From: Candidatus Eiseniibacteriota bacterium | GTDB lineage: Bacteria; Arandabacterota; Arandabacteria; Arandabacterales; Arandabacteraceae | Length of the DNA stretch: 64,000 bases | NCBI GenBank assembly: GCA_043808325.1 | Contig: JAZDEY010000037.1 | Location: 19,623 to 83,622, forward strand | Reading direction: 5' to 3' | In this document: positions 54,536 through 64,000 of the stretch, piece after piece | How positions within the stretch are numbered: the stretch's first letter is position 1 | Layout of the letters: each line of letters begins with the position of its first letter | Notes under the pieces: generated by a model | Told to the model about the DNA's origin: nothing | Databases searched by the model: none | What the model saw: only the letters and a program-made list of their open reading frames with translations | Made by a program: the position numbers and the translations under genes

Positions 54536-57002
54536 TCTCCTTGGTCCTTGTACAGCCTATCTTTTCCTTCTTAGGCTTGGGTTTGCACTCGAAGCTCAGG
54601 ACATCCTTCTTCCTACAAACCTTGATGTTCGAGCCGGGTTTGAACGTGCCTCTCAGAACTTCCTCGGCAAGCGGATCTTCAAGTAATCTCTGGATTGTTC
54701 GCCTCAAGGGCCTGGCACCCATGGAAGGATCATAGCCCTTCTCGATCAAGAGCTGCCTGGCCTCGGGACTCATAGCCAGAGATAGGCCGTAGATCGCGAC
54801 CCTTTCCTCAACCTCGGCGAGCAGAATATCGACAATCTGTTCGATCTCAGTAAGACCGAGTGAACGGAACACGATGATCTCATCGATACGGTTCAAGAAC
54901 TCAGGATTGAAGGTCCGCTTGAGCTCTGCCAAGACCTTTTCCTTCATCCGGTCATAGGTATCCTCGGCGTCGTCGCGCTGGAACCCCATGGAAACACCAC
55001 CCCTGATCGCCCTGGTGCCGACGTTGGACGTCATGATCACTACGCAGTTCTTGAAGTCAACCGCTCTGCCGAAACTGTCGGTCAACCGGCCGTCTTCCAG
55101 CACCTGAAGTAGTATGTTGAAGACGTCGGGATGGGCTTTCTCGATCTCATCCAACAGCACTACAGAATACGGGCGTCTCCGCACCCGCTCCGTGAGCTGA
55201 CCGCCCTCCTCGTAGCCCACGTAGCCGGGCGGCGCTCCCATCAGGCGGGAGACCGCAAACTTCTCCATGTACTCGGACATATCTATCCTGACCATCGAGT
55301 TCTCATCGCCGAACATGAACTCCGCAAGCGCTCGCGCAAGCTCGGTCTTCCCCACGCCGGTCGGCCCGAGGAAGAAGAAAGACCCGATCGGCCGCCTTGG
55401 GTCCTTCAGACCCGCCCGGCCTCTGCGGATCGCCTTGGAAACCGCTGCAAGCGCCTCCTCCTGCCCGACCACCCGCTTCCTGAGCTCGTCCTCCATCCTC
55501 AGGAGCCTCTTGGATTCCTCTTCCTCCAACTTGACTATGGGCACCCCGGTCATCCGCGAGATGATGTAGGCAACGTCCTCGGCGTCCACCTTGGCGTCGG
55601 TCCCGTCGGCGGCCTGCTTCCAGTTCTTCCTTATCTCTTCCAGCTTGGTCCGGAGTTCTCTCTCCCGGTCTCTCACCCGGGCGGCATTCTCGAAGTCCTG
55701 TTTCCTTATGAAGCTCTCCTTGTCCACTATCAGTTTATCAAGCTTGGCCTCGAGCTCCCTGATATCGGGAGGCACTGATGTGACCGAAAGCCGTGCCCTG
55801 GCGCCGGCCTCATCGACAACGTCGATCGCCTTGTCGGGCAGGTATCTGTCCTTGATATACCTCTCCGACAGCCTGGAGGCTGCAACCACGGCCTCATCGG
55901 TTATTCTCACCCTGTGGTGGGCCTCATACTTATCGCGCAGTCCTCTTATTATCTCGATGGTCTCCTCAACGGTCGGAGGAGAGACCATTATGGGCTGAAA
56001 CCGCCTTTCCAGAGCTCCGTCCTTCTCGATGTACTTGCGGTACTCGTCCAACGTGGTGGCCCCGATACACTGGAGCTCTCCCCGCGACAGCGCAGGCTTG
56101 AGCATGTTGGATGCGTCAATCGCTCCTTCGGCGCCGCCGGCGCCCACGATGGTGTGCAATTCATCGATGAAAACTATGATGCTATGAGCCTCGCGGATCT
56201 CGTTTATTATCGACTTGAGCCTCTCCTCGAACTGACCTCGATACTTCGTGCCGGCAACAATCGCCGCCAGGTCGATCGCCACCACCCGCATGCTTCTCAA
56301 GATCTCAGGAACCTTGTTCTCCACGATCTTGGTGGCCAGGCTCTCGACGATCGCGGTCTTGCCCACACCGGGCTCGCCTATCAGGACCGGATTGTTCTTC
56401 TTCCTGCGGCACAGCACCTGGATCACGCGCTCGATCTCAGCCTCCCGGCCGATCACCGGGTCCAGCTTCCCCTGCCTGGCAAGCTCGGTGAGATCACGTC
56501 CAAACTGGTCCAGGGCCGGCGTCTCGGTCTTGGCTTCGTGCTTGGCGCCCTTGTGGGAGCGCGGCGAGCCCCCGAGGAGCCTCAGCGTCTCATCCCTGAC
56601 CTTCTTCTTGTCCGCCCCGAGCTCCAGCAGCACTCTCGCAGCTATCCCATCCCCTTCCCGGATCAGCCCCAGCAGCAGGTGCTCCGTGCCGACGTAGTTA
56701 TGGCCAAGCAACTTGGCCTCGTCGACCGAAAGCTCCAACACGTGCTTGGCCCTGGGAGTAAAGGGAATCTCCCCCATCGTGACCGACCCGCTCGAGGCGG
56801 GCACCATGCTCTCGATTGTGCGCCGAATCACGTCCAGGTCCAGCCCGAGATTGGTAAGAATCGCCGCAGCCAGACCCTCGCCCTCTCTTACTACACCGAG
56901 CAACAGGTGCTCGGTCCCTATGTAATCATGATGCAATCTCGCGGCCTCTTCGCGCGCAAGAAACATCACCCTTCTCACTCTGTCCGTGAACTTGTCATGC
57001 AT
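54507..57002 (-). CDS. clpC: ATP-dependent Clp protease ATPase ClpC
   Basis: Clp-N repeats, [11 protein letters not shown] middle domain, [22 protein letters not shown]. Confidence 0.97.
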   Translation of the reverse strand: MHDKFTDRVRRVMFLAREEAARLHHDYIGTEHLLLGVVREGEGLAAAILTNLGLDLDVIRRTIESMVPASSGSVTMGEIPFTPRAKHVLELSVDEAKLLGHNYVGTEHLLLGLIREGDGIAARVLLELGADKKKVRDETLRLLGGSPRSHKGAKHEAKTETPALDQFGRDLTELARQGKLDPVIGREAEIERVIQVLCRRKKNNPVLIGEPGVGKTAIVESLATKIVENKVPEILRSMRVVAIDLAAIVAGTKYRGQFEERLKSIINEIREAHSIIVFIDELHTIVGAGGAEGAIDASNMLKPALSRGELQCIGATTLDEYRKYIEKDGALERRFQPIMVSPPTVEETIEIIRGLRDKYEAHHRVRITDEAVVAASRLSERYIKDRYLPDKAIDVVDEAGARARLSVTSVPPDIRELEAKLDKLIVDKESFIRKQDFENAARVRDRERELRTKLEEIRKNWKQAADGTDAKVDAEDVAYIISRMTGVPIVKLEEEESKRLLRMEDELRKRVVGQEEALAAVSKAIRRGRAGLKDPRRPIGSFFFLGPTGVGKTELARALAEFMFGDENSMVRIDMSEYMEKFAVSRLMGAPPGYVGYEEGGQLTERVRRRPYSVVLLDEIEKAHPDVFNILLQVLEDGRLTDSFGRAVDFKNCVVIMTSNVGTRAIRGGVSMGFQRDDAEDTYDRMKEKVLAELKRTFNPEFLNRIDEIIVFRSLGLTEIEQIVDILLAEVEERVAIYGLSLAMSPEARQLLIEKGYDPSMGARPLRRTIQRLLEDPLAEEVLRGTFKPGSNIKVCRKKDVLSFECKPKPKKEKIGCTRTKENELEEKELE

Positions 57003-57028
57003 CAGAATTCCTCCATCAGCAAGGTGGC

Positions 57029-58102
57029 CTATCCGGCGCTGGTTCTGGCTTCTTCCTCTGCCAGGATTTTGCGCACCATGTCCGCCCTGACAATATCCCG
57101 CTCGGCGGCATCCATCTCCCTCGAAAAACGCTTCTGAAGATGCGCCGGCTGGCTAGCCAGGAGCAGGTTGTTGAGTCCAGCCACCGAAATGCTGTCAATC
57201 ACTCCCAGCGCCTTGCCCAAGCGCACGGCCGAGCCAAGCGACATCACCTCTTGTGAAGTCACCTTCCGGCAGTACTTCAGAATGCCGTAAGCCCTCCATA
57301 CCTTATCTTCGATCTGGGAGTGGGCATCCCTTAACAAAATCTGCCTTGCCTGGGCTTCATAATCGAGTACCTGCCTCACCACCTTCTCGAGGCTCTGAAT
57401 GATATCCAGCTCGGTCACACCCAGTGCGGTGCGGTTGGACACCTGGAAAAGATTGCCCATCACGTCACTGCCCTCACCGTAGAAACCACGCACCGCAAGC
57501 CCCATCTGGCTTATACCGTGCAACACCTTGTTTATCTGTCCGGTCAGAACCAGTGCCGGAAGATGAACCAGCATTGAGGCCCTGAGCCCGGTCCCCGTGT
57601 TGGTCGGGCACGCCGACAGATAGCCCCATTCGCACGAGAACGCGTATTTCACATTGCCGTCAAGCTCCGCATCAATCTTTTCCAGGAGGCGCCAAGCATC
57701 CATCACCTGGAAGCCCGATTGCATCGCCTGAAGTCTAAGATGGTCCTCCTCATTTATCATCACGCTCGCCGACTCACTGTTGCCCATGACCAACGCCCGC
57801 GTGGGCGATTTCTCGGCGTGTTCCTGGCTAATCAGGTGCCGCTCCACAAGGAACTGCCTCTCAAGATTATCGAGATCGCTCATCAACATCAATGTGCCTG
57901 TCTTGAACATAGCGGTCCCCTCAAGGGCCTGCTTCGCAATCCCGAGGGAGTACTCAAGGTCCTTGGCGGTGGCGCGGTGCGTAAAAGGTATTCCGGCCAG
58001 GTTCCGGGCAAGCCGCACTCTGCTTGAGACCACGGCATCACTGTGAGTGCCGTTGGCGTCAAGCCAGGGACTCGGGACCTTTGCCATATCCTTGATGGTC
58101 AC
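57029..58102 (-). CDS. mcsB: Protein arginine kinase McsB
   Basis: SSRVRLARN, LVERHLIS, NEEDHLR, CPTNTGTGLRAS, FQVSN. Confidence 0.95.
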   Translation of the reverse strand: MTIKDMAKVPSPWLDANGTHSDAVVSSRVRLARNLAGIPFTHRATAKDLEYSLGIAKQALEGTAMFKTGTLMLMSDLDNLERQFLVERHLISQEHAEKSPTRALVMGNSESASVMINEEDHLRLQAMQSGFQVMDAWRLLEKIDAELDGNVKYAFSCEWGYLSACPTNTGTGLRASMLVHLPALVLTGQINKVLHGISQMGLAVRGFYGEGSDVMGNLFQVSNRTALGVTELDIIQSLEKVVRQVLDYEAQARQILLRDAHSQIEDKVWRAYGILKYCRKVTSQEVMSLGSAVRLGKALGVIDSISVAGLNNLLLASQPAHLQKRFSREMDAAERDIVRADMVRKILAEEEARTSAG

Positions 58103-58593
58103 GGCTTCGAATCCTCCCTGGTCTCGAGGCTCTTGATCCGATCGCGTATCTCGGCGGCATTCTCAAAGTCTTCCTTTTCTATCGCGACCCTTAGCGCCAC
58201 CTTGAGGTCTTCGATCTCCCGTATCTTTTCGATCATTCCCTCACTCGACTGGGGACTCTTGCCTATATGAACGTTGGACCCGTGTATTCTCCTCAGGAGA
58301 GGTTTGAGTTGCTCCTTGAAGGCGCCGTAACACTCCGAACAGCCCAGCCGGCCTGTCTCACGGAATTCGGCGTAGCTCAGCCCACAGCCCTGGCACCTTG
58401 CAGTAGAGGAGCCGACCTCCTCCGCCATTCCGGCAAGGATATTGGAAATCGAGAAGGCTTGCTTCTTGGGCGACACATGAAGCCCTTTTTCAACAGCACA
58501 TTTCTCGCAAAGATTGAACTCGACCGTCTTGTCGTCCTTGATCTCTTTGTAGTGGACCTTTGCGATCTCCTTGCCACAATTGTCACAAAGCAT
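58099..58593 (-). CDS. mcsA: McsA (four CxxC, UVR domain)
   Basis: CDNC, CEKC, CQGC, GRLGCSECY, HIGKSP, EDFENAAEIRD. Confidence 0.93.
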   Translation of the reverse strand: MLCDNCGKEIAKVHYKEIKDDKTVEFNLCEKCAVEKGLHVSPKKQAFSISNILAGMAEEVGSSTARCQGCGLSYAEFRETGRLGCSECYGAFKEQLKPLLRRIHGSNVHIGKSPQSSEGMIEKIREIEDLKVALRVAIEKEDFENAAEIRDRIKSLETREDSKP

Positions 58594-58617
58594 GCAAGTG
58601 CCTCCTGATTTCCACAG

Positions 58618-59319
58618 CTATATCTTAATCTCTTCCAGAGCGCCGTCAAATAGTTTTAATGCTCGGTCGGCCCGCGCAGCAAGTTCCATATTGTGCGTCA
58701 CTAAGACGAAACTCTGGCAATGTCGGTCTCTCAAGTCCCACAACAGTCTTTGCAGGGCCTGGCTGCTTTCAGGATCGAGGTTGCCTGAGGGCTCATCGGC
58801 CAGCACCACCGCAGGTCTCATGACAAGTGCGCGTGCCACAGCGACCCGCTGTTGTTCCCCCCCCGAAAGCTCCCTGGGCCTGTGATCCAGCCTTCCCAAA
58901 AGCCCCGTCTCATCCACAAGCATCCGGCGAGCTCTCTCCGTGCTCTGGCAGATATCCAGACCGGAGATCAGGCACGGCATCATCACGTTCTCCAGGGCAG
59001 TCAGCTCCGGAAGCAGATGATGAAACTGAAACACAAACCCGAACCTAAGGTTCCTCAGCCGCGTGACATCCCCATCCCCACGTGAGAAGACATCCACACC
59101 CTCTACAATCACGCTGCCCTCGTCGGGCCGGTCCAGGGCTCCGAGAATGTGCAGCAGGGTACTCTTGCCAACCCCCGAGGGACCTACGATGGCGACAATC
59201 TCGCCCCTGCGGAGCGCGAGATCGGCGCCTCTCAGCACCCTTATGGTATCCGAACCCGACCGGTAGGTCTTTACCAACCCCCGGCATGCCAGTACGATAT
59301 CGCCGCTATCATCATTCAT
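58618..59319 (-). CDS. lolD: Lipoprotein-releasing ABC ATPase LolD
   Basis: GPSGVGKST, FVFQFHHLLPE, LSGGEQQR, DEPSGNLD. Start set at ATG 59319. Confidence 0.9.
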   Translation of the reverse strand: MNDDSGDIVLACRGLVKTYRSGSDTIRVLRGADLALRRGEIVAIVGPSGVGKSTLLHILGALDRPDEGSVIVEGVDVFSRGDGDVTRLRNLRFGFVFQFHHLLPELTALENVMMPCLISGLDICQSTERARRMLVDETGLLGRLDHRPRELSGGEQQRVAVARALVMRPAVVLADEPSGNLDPESSQALQRLLWDLRDRHCQSFVLVTHNMELAARADRALKLFDGALEEIKI

Positions 59320-60535
59320 ATCTGATCGCTTCCACCGGCACCAGTCTGGACGCCTGCCAGGCAGGATAGAAAGTGGTGGCGAAGCATATCGCAAGCGCAA
59401 CCAGGGCGACTGCAGCTATATCACCGGCCTGGAGTTGGACCGGAACCGTCTCTATGAAATAGACGTCGCCCGGCAGCTGGATTAGCTTGTACTTATCGAC
59501 TATCAAGGAGAGGACGATCCCCCCGACGGTGCCGATCGCCGTTCCTATCACCCCGATAATCAGGCCCTGGAACATGAAGATGCGCATCACCGCGCCGCGG
59601 GAGGCGCCGATCGACCGCAAGATGCCGATGTCTTTGGTTCTCTCCATCACAATCATGATCAGCGTGCTTGCGATATTGAACGCCGCCACGATAATGATCA
59701 GAGTCAGGATTATGAACATCACTCGTTTCTCGGTTTTCATCCAGGTGAAGAGATTCCGGTTCATGTGAATCCAGTCGCTCACGACAAAGCCGTCGTCCAG
59801 CATAAGCGACAGCGCACTGCTTAGCATCGGGGCCTTGTACATGTCATCCAGCTTGACGCTCAGGCCGGTCACAGCGGCCCCGAGGGAATTAAAGGCCTGG
59901 GCCTCCTTGAGGCTTATGAAGGCTAGCGATGCGTCATATTCATACATCCCGGAGTCGAAGAACCCCCCGACGACAAAGCGCTTGAAGGCGGGTGCGATCC
60001 CAAAAGGCGATCCCGGGGACGCCTCACCCCTGGCCAGCAACACCGTATCTCCCTCGGAGATCTTGAGAGTGTAGGATACCTCCTTGCCGATCACGATAAG
60101 GGCGAGACCCGAATCACCGGGGGCAAAGCTGAAATCCGAGGGCCTTATGTATTCGGTAATGCTGGTCACCCCCGCCTCTTTGTCAAGGTCTATTCCCTTC
60201 ACGAAGAGCGCGTCGGTTCCACGCGCAGACATCACCATTGCCTTGGAGAAGACGAAAGGTGAAACCCCGATCACGTGAGGCATACCGCCGATCTTATCGA
60301 CCAGCTTCCCGTAATCCCCGATCCCGTCGTCCTTGCGCACAATCACGTGGGCATTGGTGCCCACTATCCGCTTTATGACCTCGTTCTCAAACCCGTTCAT
60401 CACCGCAAGCACGACTATCAGAGCCAACACCCCGACCGCCACGCCGCCAACCGAGATCACCGTGATCGCCGTGATGAAGCCGCTCCGCCTCCCGGCGCCT
60501 ATGTACTTCTTTGCGATGAAGAGACTATAGCCCAT
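59312..60535 (-). CDS. lolC: Lipoprotein-releasing ABC permease LolC/E
   Basis: AVMNGFE, SGMYEYD, VAAFNI, KDIGILRSIG, YPAWQAS. Confidence 0.92.
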   Translation of the reverse strand: MGYSLFIAKKYIGAGRRSGFITAITVISVGGVAVGVLALIVVLAVMNGFENEVIKRIVGTNAHVIVRKDDGIGDYGKLVDKIGGMPHVIGVSPFVFSKAMVMSARGTDALFVKGIDLDKEAGVTSITEYIRPSDFSFAPGDSGLALIVIGKEVSYTLKISEGDTVLLARGEASPGSPFGIAPAFKRFVVGGFFDSGMYEYDASLAFISLKEAQAFNSLGAAVTGLSVKLDDMYKAPMLSSALSLMLDDGFVVSDWIHMNRNLFTWMKTEKRVMFIILTLIIIVAAFNIASTLIMIVMERTKDIGILRSIGASRGAVMRIFMFQGLIIGVIGTAIGTVGGIVLSLIVDKYKLIQLPGDVYFIETVPVQLQAGDIAAVALVALAICFATTFYPAWQASRLVPVEAIRYE

Positions 60536-61997
60536 AGAGGTCTTCCTCGATCTCCGCCTCCGCCCTCATCGGCGGAAACAGGATCACGTCCCTTATGGAG
60601 TAGCTGTCGGTGAGAATCATTACAAGCCTATCGATGCCTACTCCCAACCCCCCGGCCGGCGGCATGCCGTACTCAAGTGCCCGGATGAAGTCAAGGTCGA
60701 CCGGCTCGGCACTGCTCCGGCGCTGACACTCCAGGCGCTCACGCTGCTGGATCGGATCGTTGAGCTCGGAGAAGGCATTGCCCAGTTCGATTCCCATGGC
60801 AAAGGGCTCGAAGCGCTCGGCAAAGCGCTCATCGTGTCTCGAGATCTTCGCAAGCGGCGAAATCTCAACGGGGTAGTCATAGAGCAGCGTGGGCTCCACC
60901 AGCTTGGGCTGCACGAAATGATCTATGATCTCGTCGATCAGAAGTGCTCGGGGTGCATTCGCCCAGTCCGCCCCGGCGATTCCCTCGCACTCCGCGCAGA
61001 CCCGCCGAAGCCGGTCGTCGGTGTCCTTGGCAAGATCGACGCCGGCGTATTCCCTGACGGCGTCCTCCACCCTCTGCCGCCTCCAGGGACGCTTGAAGCT
61101 CAGCTCTTGCCCCTGGTAGGTCAGCTCGTTTGCGCCCACCACCGCACGGCAGGTGGTCTCGACCATCTCCTCGAAGAGGTCCATCATGTCCTCGTAATCC
61201 GCGTAGGCCTGATAGAGCTCCAGCTGCGTGAACTCGGGATTGTGCGTTCGGTCCATACCCTCGTTCCGAAAATCCTTGGATATCTCGTAGACTCTCTCGA
61301 GCCCGCCCACCAGCAACCGCTTGAGGTAAAGCTCGTCGGCGATCCTCAGGTACAGGTCCATGTCCAGCGCATTATGGCGGGTAGTAAAAGGGCTGGCGTC
61401 CGCGCCGCCGTAAATCGGCTGGAGGATCGGCGTCTCGACTTCTATGAATCCCCGCGCATTAAGGAATTCTCGAATACAGGCGATCGCCCGGGCGCGCCTC
61501 AGGAAGACCTCGCGCACGTCCAGGTTGGCGAAGAGATCCACGTACCTCTGGCGGTATCTTGTCTCCTTGTCCTTGAGCCCATGCCACTTCTCAGGCAGGG
61601 GCCTTATGGATTTAGCGAGCAACGTGAGATCGGCGGCATGGATAGTGATCTCGCCGGTCCTGGTCTTGAAGACCGTACCCGTCACGCCCAGGATGTCTCC
61701 GATGTCGACCGCCTCAAGCAGTCCGAACTTGGCTGCTCCCAGGTCATCAAGCTTGAAATAGATCTGGATGTCACCGGCCAGGTCCCTGATGTGCCCAAAT
61801 GCGGCCTTGCCGTGCGGCCGCTTTGACATCAGCCTGCCTGCCACGGAAACCGCACCCCCACCCGCCGACAGGGCCTCGAAGCTCTCCTTTATGCTGTGCG
61901 AGGGATGCGAGACCTTGAACTTATAGGGGTAGGGGTCTATGCCCGCCTCTCGAATGGCTTTAAGTTTGGCAATGCGCTGTTCGATTATTGGTCTCAT
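60525..61997 (-). CDS. lysS: Lysine--tRNA ligase (class II)
   Basis: RYRQRYVDL, EVETP, FRNEGMDRTHNPEF, YGMPPAGGLGVGIDRL. Confidence 0.97.
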   Translation of the reverse strand: MRPIIEQRIAKLKAIREAGIDPYPYKFKVSHPSHSIKESFEALSAGGGAVSVAGRLMSKRPHGKAAFGHIRDLAGDIQIYFKLDDLGAAKFGLLEAVDIGDILGVTGTVFKTRTGEITIHAADLTLLAKSIRPLPEKWHGLKDKETRYRQRYVDLFANLDVREVFLRRARAIACIREFLNARGFIEVETPILQPIYGGADASPFTTRHNALDMDLYLRIADELYLKRLLVGGLERVYEISKDFRNEGMDRTHNPEFTQLELYQAYADYEDMMDLFEEMVETTCRAVVGANELTYQGQELSFKRPWRRQRVEDAVREYAGVDLAKDTDDRLRRVCAECEGIAGADWANAPRALLIDEIIDHFVQPKLVEPTLLYDYPVEISPLAKISRHDERFAERFEPFAMGIELGNAFSELNDPIQQRERLECQRRSSAEPVDLDFIRALEYGMPPAGGLGVGIDRLVMILTDSYSIRDVILFPPMRAEAEIEEDLYGL

Positions 61998-62002
61998 CCC
62001 GC

Positions 62003-63113
62003 TTACCCCTTCCTGGTTGCACTTGTGGATCTAAGGAAGGCCTCGATGAAATCGTCCAGGCTCCCGTCCAGGACGTCGTCGACGCTGCCGGTCTCAAGCC
62101 CGGTGCGGTGATCCTTTACCAGCGTATAGGGCTGAAGAACATATGATCGTATCTGACTTCCCCAGGCAATGTCCATCTTGGACTTCTCCAGCTCCTGCAC
62201 CTTCTTGCGTTCCTCCTCAAGGTAGTGGGCATGCAGCCGCGCCTTAAGAATCTTCATGGCGTTGTCACGGTTGCGATGCTGGGATCGCTCACTCTGGCAC
62301 TGGACTACGATCTTGGTGGGGATGTGGGTGATCCTTACGGCCGAATCGGTCTTATTGACGTGCTGCCCGCCGGCCCCGCTTGCTCTGAAAGTGTCGACTC
62401 TCAAGTCGCCTTCCTTGATCTCGATCTCGAGGTTCTCTTCGGCTTCGGACCAGACGAACACCGAGGCAAACGAGGTATGCCGCCGGTGATTGGCGTCGAA
62501 AGGCGAGATCCTGACAAGTCGGTGCACCCCGCTTTCGGCCTTGAGGTAGCCGTAGGCATATCGTCCCCTGACCTCAAGCGTAGCGCTCTTTATTCCCGCC
62601 TCCTCGGCGGGCAGGACGTCCATCACATCGACCTCGAAACCCCGGCGCTCGGCCCAGCGGACGTACATCCGCATCAGCATCTGAGCCCAGTCCTGGCTCT
62701 CGATCCCCCCCGCGCCCGGGTGAATGGTAAGGATGGCGTCCTTCTCATCGTCCTCATCCTTCATCAGGGCCTCGAGCTCCATCGCCTCCAGGTCATGCGC
62801 GATCGTCCTGATCGAGGCCACCAAGTCCCGCTGGACTTCCTGGTCGCCGTCCTCTTCACACATCGCAATCAGACCTTCGATGTCGCCCAGGTCCTTTGAG
62901 AACTTCTCCCACTGTTCGATCAGGTTCCTCTGTGAGGCCGACTCACGCATTACCTCCTTGGCCTGGCAGGCGTCCTGCCAGAACTCGGATTTCGCCATCT
63001 CACTCTCAAGTTCCTGAAGCCGCTTGCGTCTCCCCGCGATGTCAAAGATGGTCCCCTAGCCTCAATATCTTTTCTCTAAGCTCCCGAATCCCGTCCCGCT
63101 CCTCGTTCAACAT
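62003..63113 (-). CDS. prfB: Peptide chain release factor 2 with programmed +1 frameshift (369 aa)
   Basis: ATG 63113 gives 23 codons ending CTT TGA C (63047-63041) after AGGGG; the +1 frame DIAGRRKR joins the 331-aa ORF carrying SPF and GGQ motifs. Confidence 0.96.
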
Positions 63114-63131
63114 TCTTATCGCTCCTTTCGG

Positions 63132-63755
63132 CTAGGCGCCGCTCGTTTCCATATTCCGTATTGTCCAGAAAATTGCTCTTGCTCTCGCCCTGAGATCCTC
63201 CAGCGATCCGTAGTTGGGGAGCACTATGTCCGCACAACTGGTCTTCTTGGCCCTCGAGAACTGGTGTTCCATCCGCGAGCGAATGCCGGGCAGATCAAAC
63301 CGTGATGCGGCGGCTAGTCGCTCAACTGAGCGGTTCACCTCGGAGTCCACCACTATGAGAACGTCCAGCCATGCCTTGGCATTCCATTCGGGCAGGAGAG
63401 CCGCATCAATCACTATAACCTCCGAAGAGGCTCGCAGTTCCTCTATCCTGGCTTTGATCTTCGCAATCAGGGGATCCCGTATGATCTCATCCAGCTTTCG
63501 CGCGTTCTCAGGGTTGGCGAAAGCCAGCCTGCCGAGCGCGGCGGTGTCGATTGCGCCCTCGCGGTCGCGGACACCGTCGCCAAAGGCGCTAACAACTGCA
63601 TCCCGAATTGCCGGCTCCTTGAGCATATCCTTGCCCATTGCGTCCGCGTCGACGAGCCTCGCGCCAAGATCCTCGAAGACTCTGGCCACGGTCGACTTTC
63701 CTGCACCCATGATACCGGCAACTCCTACCACCAGCGGTACCTTAGCCGGCTTCAT
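63132..63755 (-). CDS. coaE: Dephospho-CoA kinase
   Basis: GIMGAGKSTV, DADAMG, IDAALL, ADIVLPNYG. Confidence 0.9.
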   Translation of the reverse strand: MKPAKVPLVVGVAGIMGAGKSTVARVFEDLGARLVDADAMGKDMLKEPAIRDAVVSAFGDGVRDREGAIDTAALGRLAFANPENARKLDEIIRDPLIAKIKARIEELRASSEVIVIDAALLPEWNAKAWLDVLIVVDSEVNRSVERLAAASRFDLPGIRSRMEHQFSRAKKTSCADIVLPNYGSLEDLRARARAIFWTIRNMETSGA

Positions 63756-63756
63756 A

Positions 63757-64000
63757 TCAATGGGCCTCGTACCAGTTCCGTCCGCTTCTCATCTCCACCT
63801 TCAGGGGAACTGCGAGACTATAAGCCTTGGTCATTTGGTTGTAAAGGATTGCTTCCATTTCGGGCTTCTCGCCCAAGGGGCACTCTGCCAGGATCTCGTC
63901 GTGCACCTGTATGAGGATCCCGCCCCGAAGCTTCCTCGCCTTCACCTGGCGGTCAATGCCCAGCATCGCGATTTTCACGATATCGGCCGCAGAGCCCTGT
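63757..64000 (-). CDS. polA: DNA polymerase I, C-terminal end (5' part outside the window)
   Basis: GSAADIVKIAM..LIQVHDEIL..VPLKVE..G.NWYEAH. Confidence 0.93.
   Translation of the reverse strand, partial: QGSAADIVKIAMLGIDRQVKARKLRGGILIQVHDEILAECPLGEKPEMEAILYNQMTKAYSLAVPLKVEMRSGRNWYEAH

Noticed and set aside
55914-57137. Long opposite-strand ORFs (also 630-1211, 9854-10747, 16581-17576, 34957-36132, 60834-61826)
   Set aside because: Antisense shadows of clear genes in GC-rich DNA; no recognisable motifs.
62003-62998. prfB as a truncated gene or pseudogene
   Set aside because: Explained by the canonical CTT-TGA-C frameshift.
1-64000. CRISPR arrays, IS elements, prophage genes, rRNA
   Set aside because: No regularly spaced repeats, transposase or integrase ORFs, or rRNA-like sequence seen.

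Overview
64-kb chromosomal window from a GC-rich diderm bacterium. The lpxC-fabZ fusion and mcsA-mcsB-clpC placed beside bamA suggest an FCB/PVC-related lineage (inference only). Left half (1-30.3 kb): a large Wzx/Wzy-type surface-polysaccharide locus (wza, GumC/Wzz, BY-kinase-like protein, GT-C, Wzy/WaaL-like, initiating transferase, WbpB/E/D-like trio, several GT4/GT2, two CE4 deacetylases, radical SAM, FemAB-like GNAT, carbamoyltransferase, flippase), interrupted by a galT-glgA-GT2-tRNA-Gly-tRNA-Cys block. Right half (30.4-64 kb): LPS-core/lipid A/outer-membrane biogenesis and housekeeping genes, almost all on the minus strand (gmhB, three GT9, msbA, MEMO-AMMECR1 fusion, nadB, lpxK, waaA, lpxB, lpxA, lpxC-fabZ, lpxD, skp, bamA, clpC, mcsB, mcsA, lolD, lolC/E, lysS, frameshifted prfB, coaE, end of polA). 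No CRISPR, IS, integrase or rRNA was seen. The best candidate for an undescribed system is at 6250-8430: a PaaK/CapK-type adenylating ligase fused to a PanD-like domain, followed by a stand-alone PanD paralogue. The two PanD copies have lost complementary sets of active-site residues, suggesting an obligate heteromeric pyruvoyl decarboxylase tethered to a ligase that decorates the polysaccharide. Other leads: an apparently circularly permuted CE4 deacetylase, two candidate structured ncRNAs, an ops-like polysaccharide-operon leader and a BY-kinase lacking its Walker A lysine. All family calls come from motifs read by eye; no database searches were run.
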